DNA of 16,885 nt from Nostoc sp. PA-18-2419 (lineage in GTDB: Bacteria; Cyanobacteriota; Cyanobacteriia; Cyanobacteriales; Nostocaceae), in NCBI RefSeq assembly GCF_005869855.1, contig NZ_SZNH01000014.1, forward strand, positions 17,553 to 34,437, read 5' to 3'. Under the pieces are notes generated by a model. That model had not been told where the DNA came from, searched no databases, and saw nothing but the letters and a program-made list of their open reading frames with translations. Of this stretch, positions 1 through 7,176 are shown piece by piece. A program made the position numbers and the translations under genes. Each line of letters starts with the position of its first letter. The stretch's first letter is position 1.

Positions 1-850
1 TGCACTTAGAAAAACTGAAGTGTAAATATTTAAGATTCGTCAGTAAAATTTAACAGCATTATCTGTAATATTACACAGATGAATCTCATCAAAAAAGTGA
101 TGTTAATTGAGTGTTGCTTAGAACAATATTTTAGTTTTGTCTCATGCTTTTACAATAACTCCCCGTAAAGATACGATGATTTTTTAGATATTTTTTCTCT
201 TCCCTCCAGCGATATACTTTATTGTTAAGACAATAAATTATTTTTTATTTATTTTCTTCATCTATCTGAAGGTGATAGAAATTATTTTTAGATAATTCTT
301 GGGTTACATATTTAAGAGTAAAATTTTTGAATTGAGCTAAACTAGAATATAAATATTTACCAAAAGATATTTGATATTTAATCATTATTTATTAGTAAGC
401 ATACTGATAAATAATGATTGAATATTTAAAGATTTTTTGGTAATGTATTCATTATAACCACTAAATATGCACTTTAAATAATCTTTATTTAGACACAAAT
501 GATCAATTTTTTCACTCTTTATAAAAAATTTATGAAGCAGAAGATATACTTTTGAGCTTTTGCTTAATAATATTGACACATAATAAAATATTGAACGGAG
601 AAAGTTATTAAACAAATATTGAAATATTTAGCAGCATAAGTTAGGTTTAATTAAAAGGTAATGTTTAAAATAAATGTAATAAATAATACTAAAAATTAAA
701 TAAATTAAAATACTGGAAAATTTGAGAATATAGGTACTTCATGAAATTTAGGTAAAGTAAACTTATAATCAATAGTAAAATTCGTTCTTGGCATTAACCA
801 CATAAAGAACAAGGGTGGAGTAAAACTTAGACATAAGAAGGAAAAACTCC

Positions 851-918
851 TGTCCAAAATAGGACAACAAGAGAAGAAACTTGGGGAAGAGGGAAACCAA
901 TTGTCCTATTTTAGGACA
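851..918. other. Inverted repeat made of two dyad boxes (TGTCC-N6/7-GGACA) with a 33-nt purine-rich spacer. It could be a hairpin or a pair of operators.
   Basis: 851-867 tgtccaaaataggacaa matches the reverse complement of 901-918 ttgtcctattttaggaca (tgtcctaaaataggacaa), identical apart from a 1-nt indel. No ORF covers it. Confidence 0.6.
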
Positions 919-1062
919 TCATAACAATATTAATCTGGTAAACCGTAACTTTCAGTTTGGGCGAGTAAGGAGCAGGAATAGAAACTTCTAAATTATGCAA
1001 ATAACATGCAAATTTATCCAAGTAGAGATTACAAAGTGCCCTACCTTGATGGGTATGTTAAT

Positions 1063-1113
1063 GAAGAATAGAAAAAAGTAAAGACTTAACTATTTTAGTT
1101 TTTTCCATTCTTC
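1063..1113 (-). terminator. A/U-rich hairpin about 100 nt downstream of the 546-aa gene. Possible terminator.
   Basis: Arms gaagaatagaaaaaa (1063-1077) and ttttttccattcttc (1099-1113) pair at 14 of 15 positions, with a 21-nt loop. There is no clean U-tract after the stem on the minus strand. Confidence 0.3.
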
Positions 1114-1210
1114 CTACCAAAATGCAATTGCGTCAATATGTGTAGTCTTATAGAGATATTAATTTTTCATGGGTGCAATTTGACATTGAGGATTACGGCG
1201 AGGAGTGCAA

Positions 1211-2851
1211 CTATTCAAATTTGAGCTGTGGCATGAGTTGAAGAGTACCAATGCCTAAATCTTTAGGTGAAAACGATCGCGCTTCAAACAAGACCATCAT
1301 ATCTCGTAACTGGGGATTTCCTCGAGAAGCTCCGGTGAGTCCTTTGGCAATGATTAAACCACAGTAGCCTTTAGTATTTTTACACCGCTGATTCCATTTT
1401 TTCCGGGCTTCTAGATGGATGGGATCTTCATCTAAAAATTCACCAAATAGGAACAATTCGCCATTTTTACTTTGTAATAAACCGAGGTCATAGCGATCGC
1501 CATCAAAGGGGTCGGCACCTGGATTAAAGCAAATTGCTTTGAGTCCACCTGCTGCTTCAATTCTTTCAATTACAGTCTTAGCTTTAGGGCGGGAAGTTTG
1601 AATTAAAATCACTGGTAAACCGTCACCCACTGGTTTGATTTCACCAGCCTTATGGTAGTTGACACCTTTACGCAGATACTCCAACATTTCCCAGGACACT
1701 ACACCTAAACTCAGGAAAGAATCTTCTGGTATCAAGTCATCTTGTAATGAGCGGAAAGTCTCAGAGCCAAGATTGTCAATCTCTCGATCCTCAATACCAA
1801 AGCCAGCCATTTCCTCTAATTCTGCTGCTAACTGCGGCATAGTAGAGACTGTCACAGACACAGATTTAGTTGATTCTTCAGACTGTGGAGGAGAAATACG
1901 ATAGCGACGGCTGAGGGTGGGGAAGGTTTCAGAATGCAGCTGGCGACGGTGGTCGCGAAGAAAGCGGCTCAAGCTTTCGATCGCAACAAAGATTACCAGT
2001 GCTTCCTCATCATATAAAACAGAACGCAGTCCTTCTAAGGGGTGGATATTACCAAAAGTGGGGTCAATATCTGAAAGTGGCAGATCAGCCAAATCACTTG
2101 CATCATCTTCATCTTCGTCGGTTTCGTCAGCACTCTCAAAAGTGAGAAACAGACAATCTTGCTTAAGGAAGGCTTCTTCTAAACGCTCTTTTGATTCTTC
2201 ATCTCTTAAAACTGCGGCACGAAACCGCTTGAGAGACTCTTCTGAACGATAAAACAAAATACCATACTCCATTCCCAGCATTCCCATAATGGAGGCATAG
2301 AGTGTACCAACATCCCACTTATTAATTTCTATTGATAAAATTTGGTGTTCTTCCAAAAATTCCCAAGGTGCCGCTTGCCAAATTGCAAATGCCTTCTCTC
2401 GCAAAATTTGTGCGTACTGTGGGGGTAAATCAGGGGTTTGACTATCGAGGATATCAGCGAATCCGCGAAACAATTCGTCAATTAAAGGTAGTTCTGGTGC
2501 GTAGTCAATGGCGATATCCAAATCTTGCAGCACCCCTCGCAGGTAAAATTGGATTTCGCGGTCTTTGACTACAATTCTTTGGGGTCTGGCAGGTTTTGCT
2601 GGACTGTGGGGATGTTCCATTGCTCGCATTAAGGTGCGAACTATTGCTTCCGGGCCGATATCTGAAGCTACCACGTCCATTCCTCGGACAATACCTTGAG
2701 AGAAATCTACCCAAAGAATGCATTCTCCTTTGGACTCTGAGTCTGAATGCTGGTTTGGTGATGACAACGGACGACGATCGCCCTCCCATACAGAAGGAAT
2801 TTGAGTTAATTTCTTCAACCGACGACTGGTAGAGCGATTAAAACTTGTCAT
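1211..2851 (-). CDS. Conserved hypothetical protein, 546 aa, function unknown. It has an internal acidic D/E-rich linker.
   Basis: Long uninterrupted ORF with ATG start, containing one HIP1 site (1493-1500). Codon and composition pattern resemble the neighbouring genes. No Walker, nuclease or other catalytic motif was seen. The linker sequence is ESADETDEDEDDASDLADLPLSD. Confidence 0.85.
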   Translation of the reverse strand: MTSFNRSTSRRLKKLTQIPSVWEGDRRPLSSPNQHSDSESKGECILWVDFSQGIVRGMDVVASDIGPEAIVRTLMRAMEHPHSPAKPARPQRIVVKDREIQFYLRGVLQDLDIAIDYAPELPLIDELFRGFADILDSQTPDLPPQYAQILREKAFAIWQAAPWEFLEEHQILSIEINKWDVGTLYASIMGMLGMEYGILFYRSEESLKRFRAAVLRDEESKERLEEAFLKQDCLFLTFESADETDEDEDDASDLADLPLSDIDPTFGNIHPLEGLRSVLYDEEALVIFVAIESLSRFLRDHRRQLHSETFPTLSRRYRISPPQSEESTKSVSVTVSTMPQLAAELEEMAGFGIEDREIDNLGSETFRSLQDDLIPEDSFLSLGVVSWEMLEYLRKGVNYHKAGEIKPVGDGLPVILIQTSRPKAKTVIERIEAAGGLKAICFNPGADPFDGDRYDLGLLQSKNGELFLFGEFLDEDPIHLEARKKWNQRCKNTKGYCGLIIAKGLTGASRGNPQLRDMMVLFEARSFSPKDLGIGTLQLMPQLKFE

Positions 2852-3042
2852 AAACTAACTTAATCAAAACAAGCAATTTAGGAAGTAAACTTTTGGGGAT
2901 GGCTAGCCTCGGATTAAATTTTCATGGCTGCACCAGAAGGGTGGTTGCATCTGTGGGCTGCCAAAAAACTCGAACTCCAAAAAGACAAATCTATAAAATA
3001 TAGTGAGTCTCTCAATTCTAGAATAAAAATCTTTGGGCGCTT

Positions 3043-3071
3043 TTGACGGAGTGTTTACAATTTGGTATTTA
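3043..3071 (+). promoter_or_regulatory. Sigma70-like promoter candidate for the IscA-family gene.
   Basis: TTGACG (3043-3048), a 17-nt spacer, then TATTTA (3066-3071), about 100 nt upstream of the ATG at 3179. Confidence 0.35.
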
Positions 3072-3178
3072 GCGACATCTATGCCGCTAGAATGGATACA
3101 AAAACACCAAGGCAACCTGAAGGCAACAACAAGCTTGCACAGGGTAACCTTAGACCAATTAAGGAGTTGAAAAAGCAA

Positions 3179-3535
3179 ATGACACAGGCAACTGAGCTTC
3201 AACAACGCGGAATTCTGTTGAGCGAAACCGCATTGCGCCAGGTAAAATTCCTCCAAGACAGGCAAGGCAAAGACTTATGCTTACGAGTAGGAGTACGTCA
3301 GGGTGGCTGCTCTGGGATGTCTTACATGATGGACTTTGAAGACGCCAGCAAAATCGGTTCTCAGGATGAAGTTTTCGACTACGACGGCTTCCAAATTGTT
3401 TGCGATCGCAAGAGTCTATTATATCTTTACGGCTTAATGCTTGATTATAGCGATGCAATGATTGGCGGTGGCTTCCAGTTTACTAACCCCAACGCCAGCC
3501 AAACTTGCGGTTGCGGTAAGTCATTTGGGGTGTAA
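3179..3535 (+). CDS. HesB/IscA-family (A-type carrier) iron-sulfur cluster assembly accessory protein, 118 aa.
   Basis: It carries the A-type carrier cysteine signature: C in GGCSGMSY plus the C-terminal CGCGKSF. AAGGAG lies at 3161-3166, upstream of the in-frame ATG at 3179. The 39-codon extension back to 3062 in the ORF track has no family support. Confidence 0.9.
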   Translation: MTQATELQQRGILLSETALRQVKFLQDRQGKDLCLRVGVRQGGCSGMSYMMDFEDASKIGSQDEVFDYDGFQIVCDRKSLLYLYGLMLDYSDAMIGGGFQFTNPNASQTCGCGKSFGV

Positions 3536-3567
3536 GATTGTGGTTTGTTAGTTGTCATTTATCAGTT

Positions 3568-3710
3568 GTCCTCTGGTGCAAAGTTGAGGCAGTCCGTTGG
3601 TGGGGTTCCCCCATCTAAAGGAACTGCCGTTGAGCCAATGCCCGACTAAAGTCTATTGGCAGTCAACCAACTGGTGTCAAATCGGCCTAAGCCGACGCCT
3701 GACTTTGCGC
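3568..3710. mobile_element. MITE-like structured element of about 143 bp with imperfect terminal inverted repeats.
   Basis: The left end is gtcctctggtgcaaagt (3568-3584) and the right end is gactttgcgc (3701-3710), giving termini g(t/c)gcaaagt / actttgc(g/a)c. The interior is rich in short stems (ggcagt..actgcc, gccaat..attggc). A shorter relative with the same ends lies at 7081-7132. Confidence 0.45.
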
Positions 3711-3730
3711 TTTGTCATTTGTCCAAAGCA

Positions 3731-3809
3731 AATGACCAATGACCAATGACTAATGACTAATGACTAAATAATTAATGACTAATGACCAAATAATTAATGA
3801 CTATCGACT
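3731..3809. repeat. STRR-type heptamer tandem repeat tract (AATGACC/AATGACT, complement TTGGTCA).
   Basis: Read directly: aatgacc x2, aatgact x3, aaataatt, aatgact, aatgacc, aaataatt, aatgact, atcgact. This heptamer class is typical of heterocystous cyanobacteria. Confidence 0.85.
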
Positions 3810-3817
3810 AATTTAGT

Positions 3818-4240
3818 ATGACTCAAACAGTTGAATCCCTGTTTGATACAGGTTTAGAACGTTATAAAGCTGGAGAATCACTAGATTCTTTAATCCCTGT
3901 GTTTAAAGAAGTGTGCGATCGCGCTCCTAGAACTAGTTCAGCTTGGATTTGTTTGGCGTGGTTATATCTACTCAATAACAAACCTAACTTGGCTTACAAA
4001 GCTGCGAATAAAGCAGTCAAATTAAATCCACAAGACCCACAAGGGAGAATTAATCTTGCCCTAGCAATGCTGGAAACAGGTCAAAAAGGTTTGCGGGAAC
4101 ACATTGACTTTGCACAACAGTTAATTTTTGTCAACCAAGAATGGGCTGACGAAATAAAAAATAGTATTGAAGACGGCTTAACCAGGAAACCAGACTGGCA
4201 GAATTTGATAAAAGTTAAAAAATGGCTGTTTGAAGAGTAG
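3818..4240 (+). CDS. Small TPR-repeat protein, 140 aa.
   Basis: TPR-like helix pattern in AWICLAWLYLLNNKPNLAYKAANKAVKLNPQDPQGRINLALAML. It contains a HIP1 site (3915-3922). Confidence 0.75.
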   Translation: MTQTVESLFDTGLERYKAGESLDSLIPVFKEVCDRAPRTSSAWICLAWLYLLNNKPNLAYKAANKAVKLNPQDPQGRINLALAMLETGQKGLREHIDFAQQLIFVNQEWADEIKNSIEDGLTRKPDWQNLIKVKKWLFEE

Positions 4241-4252
4241 GGACTGGAGAGT

Positions 4253-4357
4253 GGGGAGATGAGGGAGATGAGGAGATAGGGAAGTTTGGGGAGTGTGTGG
4301 GGAGAGGGGGGCAAGATTTCTTCCCACACCTCCCACACCTCCCACACCTCCCACACT
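4253..4357. repeat. G-rich block followed by a C-rich 9-mer tandem repeat (tcccacacc x3 plus tcccacact). The two halves are partly complementary.
   Basis: 4253-4311 reads gggagatga gggagatga ggagatagg ... ggggagtgtgtggggagagggggg. 4322-4357 holds four 9-mers. The region generates spurious ORFs in three frames (WEVWEVWEV, HLPHLPHLPH). Confidence 0.85.
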
Positions 4358-4387
4358 CCCTGTTTGCCCCATGCCCCATACCCAGTC

Positions 4388-4404
4388 CCCATTACCCCTT
4401 ATCC
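4388..4404 (+). repeat. Dispersed 17-nt repeat, copy A (cccattaccccttatcc).
   Basis: Exact 17-mer, also present at 4765-4781 on the same strand. Confidence 0.8.
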
Positions 4405-4449
4405 TCAGAGGCAACTCTACCTTCCCTAGTACCCAGTCCCCATCCCATC

Positions 4450-4695
4450 ATGAAAGATAAGTTGTTAAATTGGCTAAACGTGGTTTTAGTCGCAGATGTA
4501 TTTTTAGTTTTGTTTGGTTTTAGTTGGCTAGCGATTGCTGCGATTGGTGATGCTGCGGGAGTAAACCTGGGTTTGGATTTGTGGCATCAATTGTGGCAAC
4601 CCTTATTCAACCCAGCAATCGGTATCCTCATGGGTGGTGCCATTCTTAGCGGTATTATTAGTTGGGTTTCTAAAAAATTTTTTTCTAATCAATAG
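4450..4695 (+). CDS. Small membrane protein, 81 aa, with two predicted TM helices.
   Basis: The in-frame ATG at 4450 follows the repeat region. Hydrophobic segments are VVLVADVFLVLFGFSWLAIAAIG and AIGILMGGAILSGIISWV. The upstream 51 codons of the 4297 ORF translate the repeat. Confidence 0.6.
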   Translation: MKDKLLNWLNVVLVADVFLVLFGFSWLAIAAIGDAAGVNLGLDLWHQLWQPLFNPAIGILMGGAILSGIISWVSKKFFSNQ

Positions 4696-4723
4696 TTAAG
4701 GAATTGGGGCATTGGAAGGGCTG

Positions 4724-4763
4724 AGTTGGGAGTTAAGAGTTATTTTCTCCCATCCTCCCAACT
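4724..4763. terminator. Hairpin between convergent genes. Possible bidirectional terminator.
   Basis: agttgggag (4724-4732) pairs with ctcccaact (4755-4763), giving a 9-bp stem and 22-nt loop. No strong U-tract. Confidence 0.35.
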
Positions 4764-4764
4764 T

Positions 4765-4781
4765 CCCATTACCCCTTATCC
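4765..4781 (+). repeat. Dispersed 17-nt repeat, copy B (cccattaccccttatcc).
   Basis: Exact match to 4388-4404. Confidence 0.8.
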
Positions 4782-4790
4782 CCACTTCCT

Positions 4791-5714
4791 TTAACTCTTT
4801 GTCAGAATTTCTGTTAGTGCCGATTGTAAATTAGAATATCGGTACTCAAAACCTGTTTCTAGGGTGCGCTTGGGCAAAACTTTTTGACCTTCTAAAACTA
4901 CTATTGCCCCATCTCCTAATAGAGCTTCGATCGCAAAACCAGGGACGGGTAACCAGGAAGGACGATGCATCACTTGTCCTAAAGTTTGGCTTAAATCTGC
5001 CATCCGCACTGGGTTAGGCGCAGTTGCATTATATACACCTTCGATTTCTGGTTTAGTTAAAGCTTCCACAATCAGGTTAACTAAGTCGTCCACGTGAATC
5101 CAAGAAAACCACTGGCGACCATTACCAATGGGCCCACCAGCAAAGAGTTGAAATGGCGGAATCATTTTAGCTAAAGCACCACCACTACCTAAAATAATAC
5201 CAAAACGCAAAATTACTAGCCGCACACCAGCGTCTTTTACTTTTGTAGCTTCTGCTTCCCAAGCTTGGCAAACTTGGGCGAGAAAATCGTTACCAGATAA
5301 ACTGGTTTCATCAAAGGTAGCTGTTTGACTGGTGCCGTAGTAGCCAATAGCCGAAGCATTTACTAACACAGTTGGTTTAGGGTTAGCGTTGACTATTGCT
5401 TGAACAATTTTTTGTGTGCCTAGCTTGCGACTATTGAGGATTTCTTGCTTGCGTTCTGGTGTCCAGCGTCCCTCACTAATGGGTTCTCCTGCCAGATTAA
5501 CTACACCATCACAAAGTGCGATCGCATTTTGCCAAGAACCAGATTGAGTCGTATAAGCAACAATTTCAAGATTAGGGAAAGCTTGAAACGGAAAAACTTT
5601 TTCAGCAAAAGCGGTGTTCCGAGTTAAGACCAGTATTCTATGGCCTTCCTGGTGGAGTCGTTGTACCAAAAGATTACCAACAAATCCTGTTGCTCCTGTA
5701 ACTGCTACTTTCAT
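4791..5714 (-). CDS. SDR-superfamily epimerase-family protein, YfcH/TIGR01777-like, 307 aa.
   Basis: N-terminal Rossmann motif VTGATGFVGNLL. Length and C-terminal region (WIHVDDLV ... NATAPNPV) are typical of the YfcH-like family. HIP1 site at 5518-5525. Confidence 0.88.
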   Translation of the reverse strand: MKVAVTGATGFVGNLLVQRLHQEGHRILVLTRNTAFAEKVFPFQAFPNLEIVAYTTQSGSWQNAIALCDGVVNLAGEPISEGRWTPERKQEILNSRKLGTQKIVQAIVNANPKPTVLVNASAIGYYGTSQTATFDETSLSGNDFLAQVCQAWEAEATKVKDAGVRLVILRFGIILGSGGALAKMIPPFQLFAGGPIGNGRQWFSWIHVDDLVNLIVEALTKPEIEGVYNATAPNPVRMADLSQTLGQVMHRPSWLPVPGFAIEALLGDGAIVVLEGQKVLPKRTLETGFEYRYSNLQSALTEILTKS

Positions 5715-5917
5715 TTTTTACCTCTGCCAAAGCCTTATTTTAAAGTTTTTGATCAAATTTTCAGTTTACGGTACTCTCCTTGTATATAAAACAGATGTGA
5801 TTGTATATCTTGTAGTAATTAATCTGAAAACGAAAAAACTTTGCATTTTTAATGAGTTTCTGTTTAGATGCTTCGGTATTATAGGATGGACAGAGTGTTG
5901 CAAGGCGTGGGGCTATT

Positions 5918-6265
5918 ATGGGTCGCTATACCTGTTCATTTCTTGTTTCTGTTCCTAGTGACCATCTTCAGCCGTTACTTGTAGAACTTCTACAGGACTA
6001 TCAGTTGGATATTCAATACCAGACAAGCGATTACATTATCGCTCGTGAGTTTCCTGGTAATGTTTCTTTTTCTAAATTAGTCACAGTGGAAGTACTGATT
6101 GATAAATCAAAAAGTACTGAAACAGAAACCCGGATGAGTATTGTAATTAAAAATGAAGAGTTGCCACTGCAAGTGGATAATTACTGCCGACAAATGTTTG
6201 AATCGATTAAGCAGGCGATCGAAACTAGCCGTCATTGGCATTTGATTGAAAGTCTTGCAGGATAG
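5918..6265 (+). CDS. Hypothetical protein, 115 aa.
   Basis: Clean ORF with ATG start in a coding-like composition. No recognisable motif. Confidence 0.55.
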   Translation: MGRYTCSFLVSVPSDHLQPLLVELLQDYQLDIQYQTSDYIIAREFPGNVSFSKLVTVEVLIDKSKSTETETRMSIVIKNEELPLQVDNYCRQMFESIKQAIETSRHWHLIESLAG

Positions 6266-6375
6266 TTTTGATGGTGATATTGCTGTTCCCACAGCATCGG
6301 ATTCTAGGATTCCCAAACTTTTATTAGTAGGCTTTCCATTTTCCGGACTGACAAATTATTTATATATTTATAGGA

Positions 6376-6391
6376 GCGCAAGGCTTTGCGC
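6376..6391. terminator. Short GC hairpin between convergent genes.
   Basis: gcgcaa-ggct-ttgcgc, a 6-bp stem. Weak as a terminator because no adjacent U-tract is present. Confidence 0.25.
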
Positions 6392-6441
6392 CCCTAGAAT
6401 GGGATATTTTTGAAACTGAAAGTTCCTTTAGTAGTTGTAAT

Positions 6442-7026
6442 TCAGTCTACTAAATCCTCTAAATCCTCGGTCATACCGGGGTTTATTAATGTAATGTCAT
6501 ACTCACTCGAATCCGTTTGCCCCAAACGCTGACTATTTCTTAACAGATAATAAATGGCACGCACTTGAGGCCCAAAAACGATCTCGTCTTCATTTTTTAG
6601 ATCGTGGGCTGGCATCTTGCGTCCATTAATCATCAAACCGTTGGAACTAGGCTTTCCTTTAGCATCGCCATCTACAATTCGATAATAGTAGCTATGAGTA
6701 TTATGCTCTCGTGGCAATCTCACTAATGTAGCGTGGCGGCGGGAGACAAACTGCGACATCAAACGGATATTACATTCGCGGTCTCTACCAATAGAATAGA
6801 CGGGCTGCTCCAAAGAAAATTCCTTGCGACCTTGATCGTCTTCAATAATCAGTAGATGGTTTTCATTGATTTCTGCTGCCATTGACAAATCGTTGCTAAA
6901 ATCGGTGGAACATTGATTAATCAAGATTTGTTTAGTATCATATCTTGCCATTCTCACGCACCGTAGTTTGTGGTGATGATTTAAATCAGCTTTAAAACTG
7001 CATAATACCTTGAAAGAGTAAAACAT
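6442..7026 (-). CDS. FHA-domain protein (194 aa, or 169 aa if translation starts at the ATG at 6951).
   Basis: FHA signature: YSIGRDRECNIRL...SRRHATL...SSNGLMINGRKM...DEIVFG. The start is ambiguous between 7026 and 6951. Confidence 0.85.
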   Translation of the reverse strand: MFYSFKVLCSFKADLNHHHKLRCVRMARYDTKQILINQCSTDFSNDLSMAAEINENHLLIIEDDQGRKEFSLEQPVYSIGRDRECNIRLMSQFVSRRHATLVRLPREHNTHSYYYRIVDGDAKGKPSSNGLMINGRKMPAHDLKNEDEIVFGPQVRAIYYLLRNSQRLGQTDSSEYDITLINPGMTEDLEDLVD

Positions 7027-7056
7027 GACCTTCTACTCATCCTTTGTTATTAGTGA

Positions 7057-7063
7057 TTGGTCA
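7057..7063. repeat. STRR heptamer TTGGTCA, in opposite orientation to the units at 7147-7174.
   Basis: Read directly. It flanks the hairpin element at 7081-7132. Confidence 0.6.
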
Positions 7064-7080
7064 TTAATCATTTGTTTTTT

Positions 7081-7132
7081 GTCCTCTGTGCAAAGTCCGA
7101 ATCTCAGGAACCTTGAGCTTTTGACTTTGCAC
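7081..7132. mobile_element. Short derivative of the MITE-like element at 3568-3710. Its position also suits a terminator for the ATPase gene.
   Basis: The left end gtcctctgtgcaaagtc matches 3568-3584 apart from a 1-nt indel. A perfect 10-bp stem forms between gtgcaaagtc (7088-7097) and gactttgcac (7123-7132). It lies 45 nt downstream of the ATPase stop. Confidence 0.5.
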
Positions 7133-7146
7133 TTAAACTAATTACT

Positions 7147-7174
7147 AATGAGTGATCACTAATGACTAATAACC
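7147..7174. repeat. Degenerate STRR heptamers (aatgagt gatcact aatgact aataacc).
   Basis: Read directly. Confidence 0.6.
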
Positions 7175-7176
7175 TT

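Noticed and set aside
385-615. 76-aa ORF on the minus strand in the AT-rich tract
   Set aside because: It starts with TTG and has no RBS. The composition is extreme (K/N/I/F/L/S-rich) and the upstream same-strand sequence is broken by stops. At best it is a fragment of a decayed gene.
1659-2832. Plus- and minus-strand ORFs of 78-111 aa (1659-1904, 1917-2252, 2332-2568, 2505-2789, 2596-2832) overlapping the 546-aa gene
   Set aside because: All are nested in or antisense to a much longer, coherent ORF. They are S/R-rich shadow frames typical of antisense translation.
2903-3458. Minus-strand ORFs 2903-3265 and 3159-3458, and the 3062 start of the IscA ORF
   Set aside because: They overlap the IscA-family gene or its promoter region and have no motifs. 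The family-typical N-terminus begins at the ATG at 3179, which has an AGGAG upstream.
4081-4449. ORFs 4081-4392(-), 4178-4414(-) and the first 51 codons of 4297-4695(+)
   Set aside because: They are translations of the G-rich/C-rich tandem repeats (WEVWEVWEV, GGVGGVGGVG, HLPHLPHLPH) and so are repeat artefacts.
5445-6316. ORFs 5445-5627(+), 5614-5958(+), 6107-6316(-)
   Set aside because: They are antisense to or overlapping better-supported genes, or they span the AT-rich divergent promoter region. No motifs were found.
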